A DNA stretch of 64,000 nt from an uncultured Lachnospiraceae bacterium (GCA_964646345.1 CAZYDU010000002.1:38802-102801); one strand, 5' to 3'; positions 35,880-44,576 are shown, counted from the stretch's first letter. Notes: a model not told the origin generated them from the sequence alone. Numbers and translations: made by a program.

Positions 35880-36875
35880 ATGAAATATATATCTTATAGA
35901 CTATCCGATAACAGATATATCGGAAGAAAAACAATAAATAAAAAACAAATTTCCGTTTACGGAAAAACACAAAAAGAGTGTTTAAATAAATTAAAACAAG
36001 CTATAGATAAATTTTATCAGCCTACACTATTGATTGAACAAAAACCTAAAAGTAAAACATTAATTGATTATTTTAATGAATGGTATACTCAAAATAAAGA
36101 ACCTTTTATTTCTGAAGGAACTAAAAAAGACATCATGCTTGTAAAATCTAAAATTGAACCACTACATAACTTAGCAATTAATAAAATAAATAAAACAATA
36201 ATTTTTGACTTTTTACAGACTCTTGAAAATAACCGAAGTAAAGAAAAAGTAATTTTATATTTAAAAGCAGTATTCAAATCAGCTATTTTAGATAATGAAA
36301 TAAAAGACAATCCTTTTAATAATTTAAAAACTGCACCTAGAATAATAAAAACAAAACCCGCATTTACTTATGAAGAACAAAAGAAAATAATAAAATTAAT
36401 CCAAAATTCCCCACTCAAACCAATTATTTTAATTTATCTTGTTACTGGAATGAGAAAAAATGAATTTAACTTTACAAGCATAGAAAAAGATATTGATTTT
36501 AAAACAAATATCTTAAAAGCGGTTAATTTAAAAGGTAGAAATAAAATTACAAGGTATAAGCAAATTAAACTTAATAAACAAGCAATAAGTCTTATAATGA
36601 ATAATTTAGACGTAATTCACAAATATAATTCAGAAACAACATATAGGGAATTTAATGAGTTATTAAAAATAAATAATATAAATGGTTCAATAGTTACCTG
36701 TAGACACACATTTGCAACAAATTGCTTTTATTTAGGAAAACCCGAATTATTAATATCTAGAGAAATGGGACATTCAAAAAGTCAAATAACAAAAGATGTA
36801 TACACTGATATTGACTATAATTTATCTAAAGAAAAGATTATTAAATTATATAATAATTTATATAATTTAGACTAA
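35880..36875 (+). CDS. int: Tyrosine site-specific integrase
   Basis: N-terminal arm-binding-type domain (RYIGRKTINKKQISVYGKTQKECLNKL). Catalytic residues: R (TGMRKNE), HxxR (CRHTFAT), H (GHS) and Y (DVYTD). Confidence 0.9.
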   Translation: MKYISYRLSDNRYIGRKTINKKQISVYGKTQKECLNKLKQAIDKFYQPTLLIEQKPKSKTLIDYFNEWYTQNKEPFISEGTKKDIMLVKSKIEPLHNLAINKINKTIIFDFLQTLENNRSKEKVILYLKAVFKSAILDNEIKDNPFNNLKTAPRIIKTKPAFTYEEQKKIIKLIQNSPLKPIILIYLVTGMRKNEFNFTSIEKDIDFKTNILKAVNLKGRNKITRYKQIKLNKQAISLIMNNLDVIHKYNSETTYREFNELLKINNINGSIVTCRHTFATNCFYLGKPELLISREMGHSKSQITKDVYTDIDYNLSKEKIIKLYNNLYNLD

Positions 36876-36881
36876 AAATTT

Positions 36882-37017
36882 TGACACAATTTCTGACACA
36901 GTTTTTTAAGATTTTACTTAATATTTGTTACAAAATCTTATTTTTTGTAACAGAGAATAAACAAAAAATATATAACAATAAAAAAAGTTGTAAACACTGA
37001 ATTTTCCAGCATTTACA
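36882..37017 (+). repeat. Right-end repeat cluster (candidate recombinase arm sites)
   Basis: TGACACAATTT at 36882 and TGACACAGTTT at 36894. CACTGAATTTTCCAGCATTTACA at 36995-37017 lies inside a GTTGTAAA/TTTACAAC hairpin. Confidence 0.5.
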
Positions 37018-37030
37018 ACCCCAAAACATA

Positions 37031-37087
37031 TGGTGGGAAGAAGTGGATTCGAACCACTGAAGTCGAAAGACGACGGATTTACAGTCC
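37031..37087 (-). repeat. attR: direct repeat copy 2 (3' part of the intact tRNA-Tyr)
   Basis: Identical to 22649-22705. Confidence 0.85.
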
Positions 37088-37116
37088 GTTGCATTTGGCC
37101 GCTCTGCAATCTTCCC
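37031..37116 (-). tRNA. tRNA-Tyr (GUA), class II with long variable arm, CCA encoded
   Basis: Hand-folded cloverleaf: acceptor GGGAAGA/TCTTCCC, anticodon loop CUGUAAA, T-arm AGTGG-TTCGAAT-CCACT. Confidence 0.9.
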
Positions 37117-37152
37117 AAAAATAAAACTAACAATCATAAGATTATTAGTTAA

Positions 37153-37227
37153 TGGAGCTGGTGGTCGGAATTGAACCAACAACCGTCTGATTACAAGTCA
37201 GATGCTCTACCATTGAGCCACACCAGC
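37153..37227 (-). tRNA. tRNA-Thr (UGU)
   Basis: Acceptor GCTGGTG/CACCAGC, anticodon loop CUUGUAA, CCA encoded. Confidence 0.85.
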
Positions 37228-37229
37228 AT

Positions 37230-37305
37230 TGGTGCCGCGGGGCGGAATCGAACCACCGACACTGAGATTTTCAGTCTCATGCTCTACCGACTGAGCTACC
37301 GAGGC
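37230..37305 (-). tRNA. tRNA-Phe (GAA)
   Basis: GCCTCGGTAGCTCAGTCGGTAGAGC 5' half, anticodon loop CUGAAAA, CCA encoded. Confidence 0.9.
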
Positions 37306-37343
37306 AAAATCTATTTTTTTTATTTGAAATAGACAAAACAATA

Positions 37344-37420
37344 TGGCGACCCAGAACGGGCTCGAACCGTCGACCTCCAGCGTGACAGGCTGGCGCTCTA
37401 ACCAACTGAGCTACTGGGCC
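37344..37420 (-). tRNA. tRNA-Asp (GUC)
   Basis: GGCCCAGTAGCTCAGTTGGTTAGAGC 5' half, anticodon loop CUGUCAC, CCA encoded. Confidence 0.9.
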
Positions 37421-37436
37421 ATGATATAAAAAACAT

Positions 37437-37513
37437 TGGTGGGCCTTCACGGACTTGAACCGCGGACCAACCGGTTATGAGCCGGTCGCTCTAACCAACT
37501 GAGCTAAAGGCCC
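37437..37513 (-). tRNA. tRNA with CAU anticodon (elongator Met or lysidine-type Ile2)
   Basis: GGGCCTTTAGCTCAGTTGGTTAGAGC 5' half and anticodon loop CUCAUAA. Met versus Ile2 identity cannot be decided by eye. Confidence 0.8.
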
Positions 37514-37533
37514 AATTAATTTGTTTGCAACTA

Positions 37534-37610
37534 TGGTCGGGGTAGCGAGACTCGAACTCACGACCTCACGGACCCAAACCGCGCGCGCTACCAAACTGCG
37601 CTATACCCCG
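37534..37610 (-). tRNA. tRNA-Pro (UGG)
   Basis: CGGGGTATAGCGCAGTTTGGTAGCGC 5' half, anticodon loop UUUGGGU, CCA encoded. Confidence 0.85.
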
Positions 37611-37767
37611 CTATTTCGGTTACATCAAACTAACGACATTAATATACACTAACTTTTCAACTTTGTCAACAAAAAAATTCAAAAAATTTAATTTTTCAGG
37701 GATAGTTTTTTAACTACCCCCAAAAAACTCGATTTTACACGTTAATTTTTACTCTTTTATCTAAAAA

Positions 37768-39339
37768 TTAATCCAACCCCAAGTAACTATTATAGGTTGT
37801 AACTTTATCATAAATAATAGTCTTATCAATTTCAATGATACGATTGGCAACAGTTTGCAAAAGTTCATGGTCCTGACTATTAAACAAAATTGGCGATTTA
37901 TAATTAATCATGCCCTTATTTAAACTTGTAATACTTTCAAGGTCAAGGTGGTTTGTTGGTTCATCGAACACCAAAACATTTGCACCAGATAGCATTACAC
38001 GAGCAAGCATACATCTTACCTTTTCGCCACCAGATATACAGTTAGCTTTCTTTTTTGCTTCTTCGCCTGAAAACAACATACGACCAAGCCAACTTCTTAA
38101 AAATGTTTGGTCCTTATCATCTGAAAATTGAGCAAGCCAATCAACAAGCGAAAAACCACAATCCTTAAAGAAGGCATCATTGTTTTCTGGTAAATAACCA
38201 ACAGTTACAGTAGACCCCCACTCAAAGTTTCCACCATCAGCAGAATCTTCGCCCATTAATATTTTATAAAGCATAGTAACAACATTTGCATTCTGGCAAA
38301 TAAAAGCAATTTTATCGCCTTTATGAACAGTAAATGAAATATTTTCAAAAAATCCATTTTTGGTTAAATTTGTAACTCTTAAAATTTCATTTCCAACTTC
38401 ACGATTTGGTTTAAAGTCAACATAAGGATATTTTCTAGAACTTGGTTTAATATCCACAAATTCGAGCTTATCAAGTTCTTTTTTACGACTCGTTGCCTGC
38501 TTACTTTTTGATGCATTAGCAGCAAATCTTGCAATAAACTCTTTAAGTTCTTTAGCTCTTTGTTCAGCTCTTTTGTTTTGTTCTTTTGCTTGACGTTGCA
38601 AAAGTTGACTTGTTTCATACCAGAAATCATAGTTTCCGACAAACATTTCAATTTTACCAAAATCAATATCACAAATATGAGTACAAATTTTATTTAAAAA
38701 GTAACGGTTATGCGAAACAACAATAACAAGGTTTTCAAAATCGATTAAGAAGTTTTCAAGCCAGTTAACAGTCTTAGCATCAAGGTTATTTGTAGGTTCG
38801 TCCAAAATCAAAATGTCAGGACTTTTAAAGAGTGCTTTAGCTAAAAGGACTTTGACTTTTAACTTTGGGTCTAAATCACGCATCATTACACCGAAAAATT
38901 CTTCGCCAATTCCTAATTCATTTAAAAGGTTTTGAGCTTCACTTTCAGCTTCCCAACCCCCGATTTCCATAAACTCATTTTCAAGTTCTCCAGCTCTGAT
39001 ACCATCAGCTTCTGTAAAATCAGGTTTAGCATAAAGAGCATCTTTTTCTTCCATAATAGCCATAAGCCTTTCATGACCATGCATAACAGTTGATAAAACT
39101 GTATAATCGTCCCATGCCTTTTGGTCTTGAACTAAGAAACTAAGCCTTTTTCCACGTTCAATAACGATATCTCCTGAACTTGGTTCAATTTGTTTAGTAA
39201 TAAGCTTCAAAAATGTAGATTTACCAGCACCATTAGCACCAATAATACCATAGCAGTTTCCGCTTTCAAATTTTAAATTTACATCTTCAAACAGAACTCT
39301 ACCGCCGAATTGAAGTCTAACATTATTAACATTAATCAT
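37768..39339 (-). CDS. ABC-F family ATPase (two ABC cassettes, no TM domain)
   Basis: Walker A GANGAGKST, two signature/Walker B sets (ILILDEPTNNLD; ISGGEKVRC...LVFDEPTNHLD), and a charged interdomain linker. Confidence 0.85.
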   Translation of the reverse strand: MINVNNVRLQFGGRVLFEDVNLKFESGNCYGIIGANGAGKSTFLKLITKQIEPSSGDIVIERGKRLSFLVQDQKAWDDYTVLSTVMHGHERLMAIMEEKDALYAKPDFTEADGIRAGELENEFMEIGGWEAESEAQNLLNELGIGEEFFGVMMRDLDPKLKVKVLLAKALFKSPDILILDEPTNNLDAKTVNWLENFLIDFENLVIVVSHNRYFLNKICTHICDIDFGKIEMFVGNYDFWYETSQLLQRQAKEQNKRAEQRAKELKEFIARFAANASKSKQATSRKKELDKLEFVDIKPSSRKYPYVDFKPNREVGNEILRVTNLTKNGFFENISFTVHKGDKIAFICQNANVVTMLYKILMGEDSADGGNFEWGSTVTVGYLPENNDAFFKDCGFSLVDWLAQFSDDKDQTFLRSWLGRMLFSGEEAKKKANCISGGEKVRCMLARVMLSGANVLVFDEPTNHLDLESITSLNKGMINYKSPILFNSQDHELLQTVANRIIEIDKTIIYDKVTTYNSYLGLD

Positions 39340-39466
39340 TAATTCACACTACTCCTATTATAATAACCATATTATAAATGATTTATTCAAACCTTGTCAA
39401 TGGAAAAAGCTTAAATAAAAAGTATATAAATTTTTCTTTTGTCAAAGATTAAATTAGGAGTAAATT

Positions 39467-39997
39467 ATGCAAAATAACAATCAAAGTGTACAAAATAAAA
39501 GAAATAATCCTTGGTGGACAGTGAAACACAAATGGTGGATTGATTCTTTATTATTTATTCTAGGCACAATACTTCTAGGTGGACTTGCAACTCTCCTTGG
39601 CGGAAAAATGTTCAATTTTCAAAATTATAAAATGCCACCGGCAACTGCACCAAAAATTGTCTTCCCTATTTTTTGGTCAATTATTTATATTGCAATCGGT
39701 GTATCAACCTTTTTAATGTGGCGTGATAAAGAAATAAAAAGCAAAGACAGAAAACTAAATTTAATCCTTTATTTTATTCATATGTTTTTCAATGTATTAT
39801 GGCCATTATTTTTCTTTAGATTAAATCTCCCAATTTTTTCTTGTGTATGGCTAGTGTTTGTTATCGCAAGTGCATGTATTGTTATGTATCGATATTTTTA
39901 TTGTAATTTACCCGCCGGGATAATTTTCAACGTCTATACACTTTGGCTTATATATGCCATGTATTTAAACCTTGGATTAGTACTTATTAATTTCTAA
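39467..39997 (+). CDS. tspO: TspO/MBR family tryptophan-rich membrane protein
   Basis: Five TM segments with W-rich motifs (FPIFWSIIYIAIG, LWPLFFF). Confidence 0.75.
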   Translation: MQNNNQSVQNKRNNPWWTVKHKWWIDSLLFILGTILLGGLATLLGGKMFNFQNYKMPPATAPKIVFPIFWSIIYIAIGVSTFLMWRDKEIKSKDRKLNLILYFIHMFFNVLWPLFFFRLNLPIFSCVWLVFVIASACIVMYRYFYCNLPAGIIFNVYTLWLIYAMYLNLGLVLINF

Positions 39998-40093
39998 AAA
40001 AACGCAGAATTGGTTAAATTTTTCCGAAATTATGTCAATTTTTAAAGAAACACAAAGAAAAAATCGCAATTTCTTGCGATTTTTCTTTATTAA

Positions 40094-42175
40094 TTATTCA
40101 TTAATTTCTAATTGACTTGGGTGTTTTTTAAAGAAATCAAATCTAGCTTCAATAAATTTTGGTTTATGATTTTGCTTGTTTTCAAACCAATTATAAATTG
40201 GTTCATTACATCTATCATATTCAAATATTGATTCATCAACATTTAAATACTTTGCAACATTCTCGATAGAACTTGGAGCAACCGAGTGAAGCATAACCAT
40301 TGCAACCTTTGCATAGTGCAATGTGTTAACTATACACATTTTCTCTTTTTCTTTGTCAGTAGCATCAAAATTCTTAGTCCAATATTTATTAATATTTCTT
40401 AAAAAGCTATCTAACTCGTACATGCACAAATGAAATTTATTTTCCATCATACACTTTTCAAATTTCAAAATTGACATCTCACATTCCAAGCTAACCTGTT
40501 CATCAATTTCTCCATAAGGAATAATACCATCAAAATCTTTTTGCCATGTGTAAAACAAAGTTCTAAGCGTTCTATTATAAACATTAGTCAACAAATTACC
40601 ATCTTTAACAACTGGGTCAACATCATCTGGTTTTGCTTCTGGGTCAAAAACTTTTGGATTAAATGAAGATGATGTATTACCAACCGAAAGAGCCAAGAAA
40701 TGTGCTCGGAGTTGTTCATGTGTATAATAATTCAATAACTCATCAGCCATAGGTGGTTTTATCGCACCTGAAGAACTTGCTTTATTACCCATAAACAAAG
40801 AGTGCTTGTTAACAATAAGTTGACTAATTTGCAAATCCCCTTCATCTGCATCAACTTTTGGTTTGCCTTTTTGAGTCGCAAGCCACATAGCGTGCTGTGC
40901 TGGACCATAAAAGTAAGTGTTATCTTCCCCTAAAATTTGATAAACTTTTGCATCTTTACTACACCAATACTTTTTCCATTCATCTTCAGGGAAACCAAAA
41001 TGTTTTAAATAAGTTCTAGTAAACGAAATAGGAGCCCACAAAGATTCAGGCCAGCAATAAAATGTTAAATCTTTTAAACCATCTTTTTCAGGAACAGGAA
41101 CACCCCATGAAATATTGCCAGACAATCTGAATGGAACAAGAGTTTTTCCAGTTCTATAACGTATTGCACCTGACGAAATCGCTTCGATTTTTTCTTCCGG
41201 AGCAACTTCACTTTTCTCCCAATCTGGAGTTTGTTTCCCTGATAAAATCTCACAAGCCTTTTCTCTATCTTCCAAACAATCAAAAGTTATAACAAAACTA
41301 GCTTTACTTTTATCTTCAAATTGAGTAAATTTTGGAAGTTTATCAGCAATTTTATTGAAATCTTCCATAAATTCACGTTTGATATATATTTCAGGTTTTT
41401 TCAAAAATTCTTTAATCTCTTTTGTAACAAATTCACGAGTTGGGGTTTTTGTTTCCAACACATTTATCCAATCTTTTAAAATGTCAGTATAATTTTGAAG
41501 ATTAAAATACCAATTTTCAATTTTCCTAAGTTCTGGCTTGGTTCCCGACAAAGTCGAAACCGGGTCAATGAGTTGTTCTGGTAAATATTGATGCCCCAAA
41601 TCACATTCATCTGCATATCCTTTTTCACTTTTGCAACCATCTATTGGACATTTTCCAATAACCTGTCTGCCATTCAAAAAACTCTTAGCTTTTGTATCAT
41701 AGAATTGATAAGTTGCCATTTTCGAAAGTGTACCATTATTATAAAGCATTTCAAAAAACTCATCACTAACTTTTTTATGCATTTCCTTAGCTTCGCCAAT
41801 AGCAGAACCTTCAAACCAATCAAATCCGATTTCATATTTTTTTATAGTTTCAATATGGTTTTTATTATATTCTGAAACCATATCTTCAATAGTTCCCTTA
41901 TAACCATCAGCAACCCTTTTTCTGTAAGTTTCAAGTGCAGGAGAACCATAGCAATCCGTGCCAGAAACAAAAATTACATTTTCTTTGCCAAGCTTATCTT
42001 TCAAAAATCTTGCTATAAAATCAGCATAAACCATCATGCCACAAACATGACCATAATGCAGATTTTTATTACCATAAGGCATACCGGCAGTAACTATTGC
42101 ACGCTTTGGAAACTTTGGACGATTTTCTTTCATTCGTCCAACCACTTCTCTCATTTTTTCTAAATCCATTCCCAT
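40094..42175 (-). CDS. metG: Methionine--tRNA ligase-like class I aaRS (atypical)
   Basis: PYGNKNLHYGH (HIGH region), zinc knuckle CPIDGC...ECDLGH, WGVPVP, and ILGEDNTYFYGPAQHAMW. The KMSKS position reads NKASSS. An extra insertion of about 100 aa follows the knuckle. Confidence 0.75.
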   Translation of the reverse strand: MGMDLEKMREVVGRMKENRPKFPKRAIVTAGMPYGNKNLHYGHVCGMMVYADFIARFLKDKLGKENVIFVSGTDCYGSPALETYRKRVADGYKGTIEDMVSEYNKNHIETIKKYEIGFDWFEGSAIGEAKEMHKKVSDEFFEMLYNNGTLSKMATYQFYDTKAKSFLNGRQVIGKCPIDGCKSEKGYADECDLGHQYLPEQLIDPVSTLSGTKPELRKIENWYFNLQNYTDILKDWINVLETKTPTREFVTKEIKEFLKKPEIYIKREFMEDFNKIADKLPKFTQFEDKSKASFVITFDCLEDREKACEILSGKQTPDWEKSEVAPEEKIEAISSGAIRYRTGKTLVPFRLSGNISWGVPVPEKDGLKDLTFYCWPESLWAPISFTRTYLKHFGFPEDEWKKYWCSKDAKVYQILGEDNTYFYGPAQHAMWLATQKGKPKVDADEGDLQISQLIVNKHSLFMGNKASSSGAIKPPMADELLNYYTHEQLRAHFLALSVGNTSSSFNPKVFDPEAKPDDVDPVVKDGNLLTNVYNRTLRTLFYTWQKDFDGIIPYGEIDEQVSLECEMSILKFEKCMMENKFHLCMYELDSFLRNINKYWTKNFDATDKEKEKMCIVNTLHYAKVAMVMLHSVAPSSIENVAKYLNVDESIFEYDRCNEPIYNWFENKQNHKPKFIEARFDFFKKHPSQLEINE

Positions 42176-42185
42176 AATATCTCCT

Positions 42186-42340
42186 TAAAATAAAAAATCA
42201 TCAAGCATGTTGCTTGACGACTTATTTCACAAGCAACAAAAAGCTTGCGTAGAAATTTTCTACACAAATTAAAATTGTTGTTGTTGCTTGAATATATTTT
42301 TAACTTTCATAACTTTATGATACCCCATAAAAAAACTATT
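42186..42340 (-). promoter_or_regulatory. metG promoter and terminator/antiterminator leader (not a T-box)
   Basis: On the minus strand: TTGACA, a 17-nt spacer, TATCAT. The terminator UCGUCAAGCA-ACA-UGCUUGAUGA (42220-42198) is followed by a U-run running into the RBS. Upstream UGUUGCUUG and CAAGCAACAA segments allow alternative pairings. Confidence 0.55.
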
Positions 42341-42387
42341 GTCAAGAAAAAGCATAATTTTTTAGGATAAACGTTCCAAAACAAAAC

Positions 42388-43146
42388 TTAATCCATTGCT
42401 TTTTCTTCGTCTTCATCTTCCTTTTTAGGTTCAGCATCTTCTGACTGTCCATGTTTATCTTGATGTTCTTCCGTTTCGTTTTCTGTCTCTGTTTTATTTT
42501 CAGGCTTTTTATCAGAATTTTCCGAACCAAGAGTATTCAATGTGCCATTTTTTAACGTTGTTTTTACCGAAAATTTAAAAAACAATGAAGGCTCGCTCTT
42601 TGGTTCGAAATAATTACCCGATATCTTAGAAAGTTTATAACCAACTTTCTCAATAGGATTAGCACCTTGTAAATCTCTCATTTCTTCTTGTTTTTCATTT
42701 ATATAGTTTTGTTTTATTTCATTACACTTAGCTTCAGCAAATTCAGACATTTCAAGTATTGACATACCCTGTCCTTTTAAGTCTTTTAAAACAGCGATAA
42801 TATTTTGATTAAACTCCGTTTCTTGTGGTTCTCCATACAAATAATAGATTATATTACCAGGACTCATTAATAATTTCCAAGGTAATTTTGCTTCATTTGG
42901 CATTACAACTCCAGCCCCTTCAGAATCTTTCTCGTTACCATTTTCTTTTTCCCATTTTTCAAGTTTTTTGAGACATTTTTTTTCTTCATCAACTAACTCT
43001 TTTTCTTTACCAGTAGCTTTCATTTTTCTTAAATATTCAACGAAATCTTCTCCGCCTGAAAGTCCAGTCCATGGAGCATCTTGATGATAAAGATGTTCAA
43101 ACTCACTATTTCTTTTTTCTTCAGCCATAGCCATCTCCCTTAACAA
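42388..43146 (-). CDS. Hypothetical acidic protein
   Basis: ORF overlapping the gmk stop, with a D/E/K-rich tail. No family recognised. Confidence 0.45.
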   Translation of the reverse strand: MLREMAMAEEKRNSEFEHLYHQDAPWTGLSGGEDFVEYLRKMKATGKEKELVDEEKKCLKKLEKWEKENGNEKDSEGAGVVMPNEAKLPWKLLMSPGNIIYYLYGEPQETEFNQNIIAVLKDLKGQGMSILEMSEFAEAKCNEIKQNYINEKQEEMRDLQGANPIEKVGYKLSKISGNYFEPKSEPSLFFKFSVKTTLKNGTLNTLGSENSDKKPENKTETENETEEHQDKHGQSEDAEPKKEDEDEEKAMD

Positions 43147-43772
43147 TCAGAAGTATCAAAACCAATCAAATTATAATAATCATTTAAAACTCTTGATGCA
43201 CACAAATGTTCACTTTCAATAATTGAAATAACTTCATCAACTGCCTGTTCAACCTTGTCATTTATAACAATATAATCATATGTTCCAGCAAGTCGAATCT
43301 CGGTCTCCGCTTTTTTCAGTCTTTTTTCAATCACTTCAGGAGAATCTGTATTTCTTCCCACTAAACGTTCTTTTAAAGCATCTAAACTTGGTGGTGCAAC
43401 AAAAATTGACACACAATTCGGCATTTTTTCTTTAATTTGTTTAGCCCCATTAACATCAATTTCCAAAACTACGTCTTTACCTTGATTAATTTTCTCTAAA
43501 ACAACATCTTTTGGTGTACCATAGAAATTTCCAACATATTCATTGTATTCAAGAAGATTATCTCTATCTAATTCCTTCAAAAATTGTTCCTTAGCTACAA
43601 AATAATAATCCACTCCATTTTTTTCGCCTTCACGAATACCACGTGTGGTCATTGAAATAGAAAAATATAATTTATCTCCAAGTTTGTCAAACACACCTTT
43701 CCTAACAGTACCCTTACCAACACCACTTGGTCCAGAAAAAACTATCAATAAACCTTTTTTATCAAAACGCAT
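43140..43772 (-). CDS. gmk: Guanylate kinase
   Basis: P-loop GPSGVGKGT, SMTTR, and the YYF...EYNEY...YGT pattern. Confidence 0.95.
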   Translation of the reverse strand: MRFDKKGLLIVFSGPSGVGKGTVRKGVFDKLGDKLYFSISMTTRGIREGEKNGVDYYFVAKEQFLKELDRDNLLEYNEYVGNFYGTPKDVVLEKINQGKDVVLEIDVNGAKQIKEKMPNCVSIFVAPPSLDALKERLVGRNTDSPEVIEKRLKKAETEIRLAGTYDYIVINDKVEQAVDEVISIIESEHLCASRVLNDYYNLIGFDTSDC

Positions 43773-43941
43773 AAAAACCCCTTCTTTTTATTTTATTATA
43801 TCACAAAAAAAATTAATTTATCAAGCAAAGTATCAAACATATAAAATTTGTTCAAAATAAATATTAAGCTTATCTTTCTTGACTTTAAAAATTAAATTAG
43901 ATATAATTAACCCATAAAAAAGAAAACTAATAAGGTGGATT

Positions 43942-44298
43942 ATGAAAGATATTTATACAATCATTCTCGATAGCGACATTTTTGAAAAAGTTGTTTCAGG
44001 CAAAAAAACTATACAACTCGAAATTAACGATAACAAACACAAGGTTTTAGCCGTTGGAAATCAACTAACGTTTGTATGCGACAACAATGACGAACACAAA
44101 GAAGTTAAAGCCGTTATCGAAAATCTTTTGTATTTTGGAAATATAAAAGAAGCTGTTGAAACTCTAGGCAAAGAACCATGTGGTTTTAGACCAAGTGCAA
44201 CCTATGATAAAGCTTCTGATGTATTCATGGTCGGCGAAGATTATGAAAATATTGAAAAATACGGAATAGTTGCTATGGTATTCAAAACCATGGAGTAA
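43942..44298 (+). CDS. ASCH-domain protein
   Basis: Small beta-barrel-type ASCH pattern (FEKVVSGKKTIQLE...). 118 aa. Confidence 0.6.
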   Translation: MKDIYTIILDSDIFEKVVSGKKTIQLEINDNKHKVLAVGNQLTFVCDNNDEHKEVKAVIENLLYFGNIKEAVETLGKEPCGFRPSATYDKASDVFMVGEDYENIEKYGIVAMVFKTME

Positions 44299-44576
44299 CA
44301 TTCAATCCAACACCAACTAAAATTAAAAAGCATGCAATTAAACATGCTTTTTTCAATGCAAAAATAATTTTTAACAACTCAAAATTTGTGTTATATAACC
44401 AATGTTTATATTATTAGATTAATAATACTGTCTAAAATTTACGTAATAATAAAATATATTAGCTCAATTCCCCATTAATTTGTCAAATCTTGATTTTTTT
44501 TCAAAAAATACTAGACAAACGATAAAATAATAATTATAATGTAAATCGTAATTTGAAAAAATTACAACTCCCTTTT

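Larger units (their letters stand above)
22649..37087. mobile_element. Integrated 14.4-kb element at tRNA-Tyr: filamentous-phage-like (Zot) module, CRESS-type Rep and tyrosine integrase
   Basis: 57-bp direct repeats at both ends, with the integrase next to the intact tRNA. Contents are phage- or plasmid-like and the flanks are housekeeping genes. Confidence 0.85.

Noticed and set aside
36918-37182. Two minus-strand ORFs (71 and 84 aa)
   Set aside because: They run through the tRNA-Tyr and tRNA-Thr genes and the att region, so they are artefacts of the ORF caller.
42176-42340. T-box riboswitch upstream of metG
   Set aside because: I found no AGAGA box, no specifier loop and no GGTGGTAC-type T-box motif, all of which are clear upstream of pheS. 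The leader is a different kind of attenuator.
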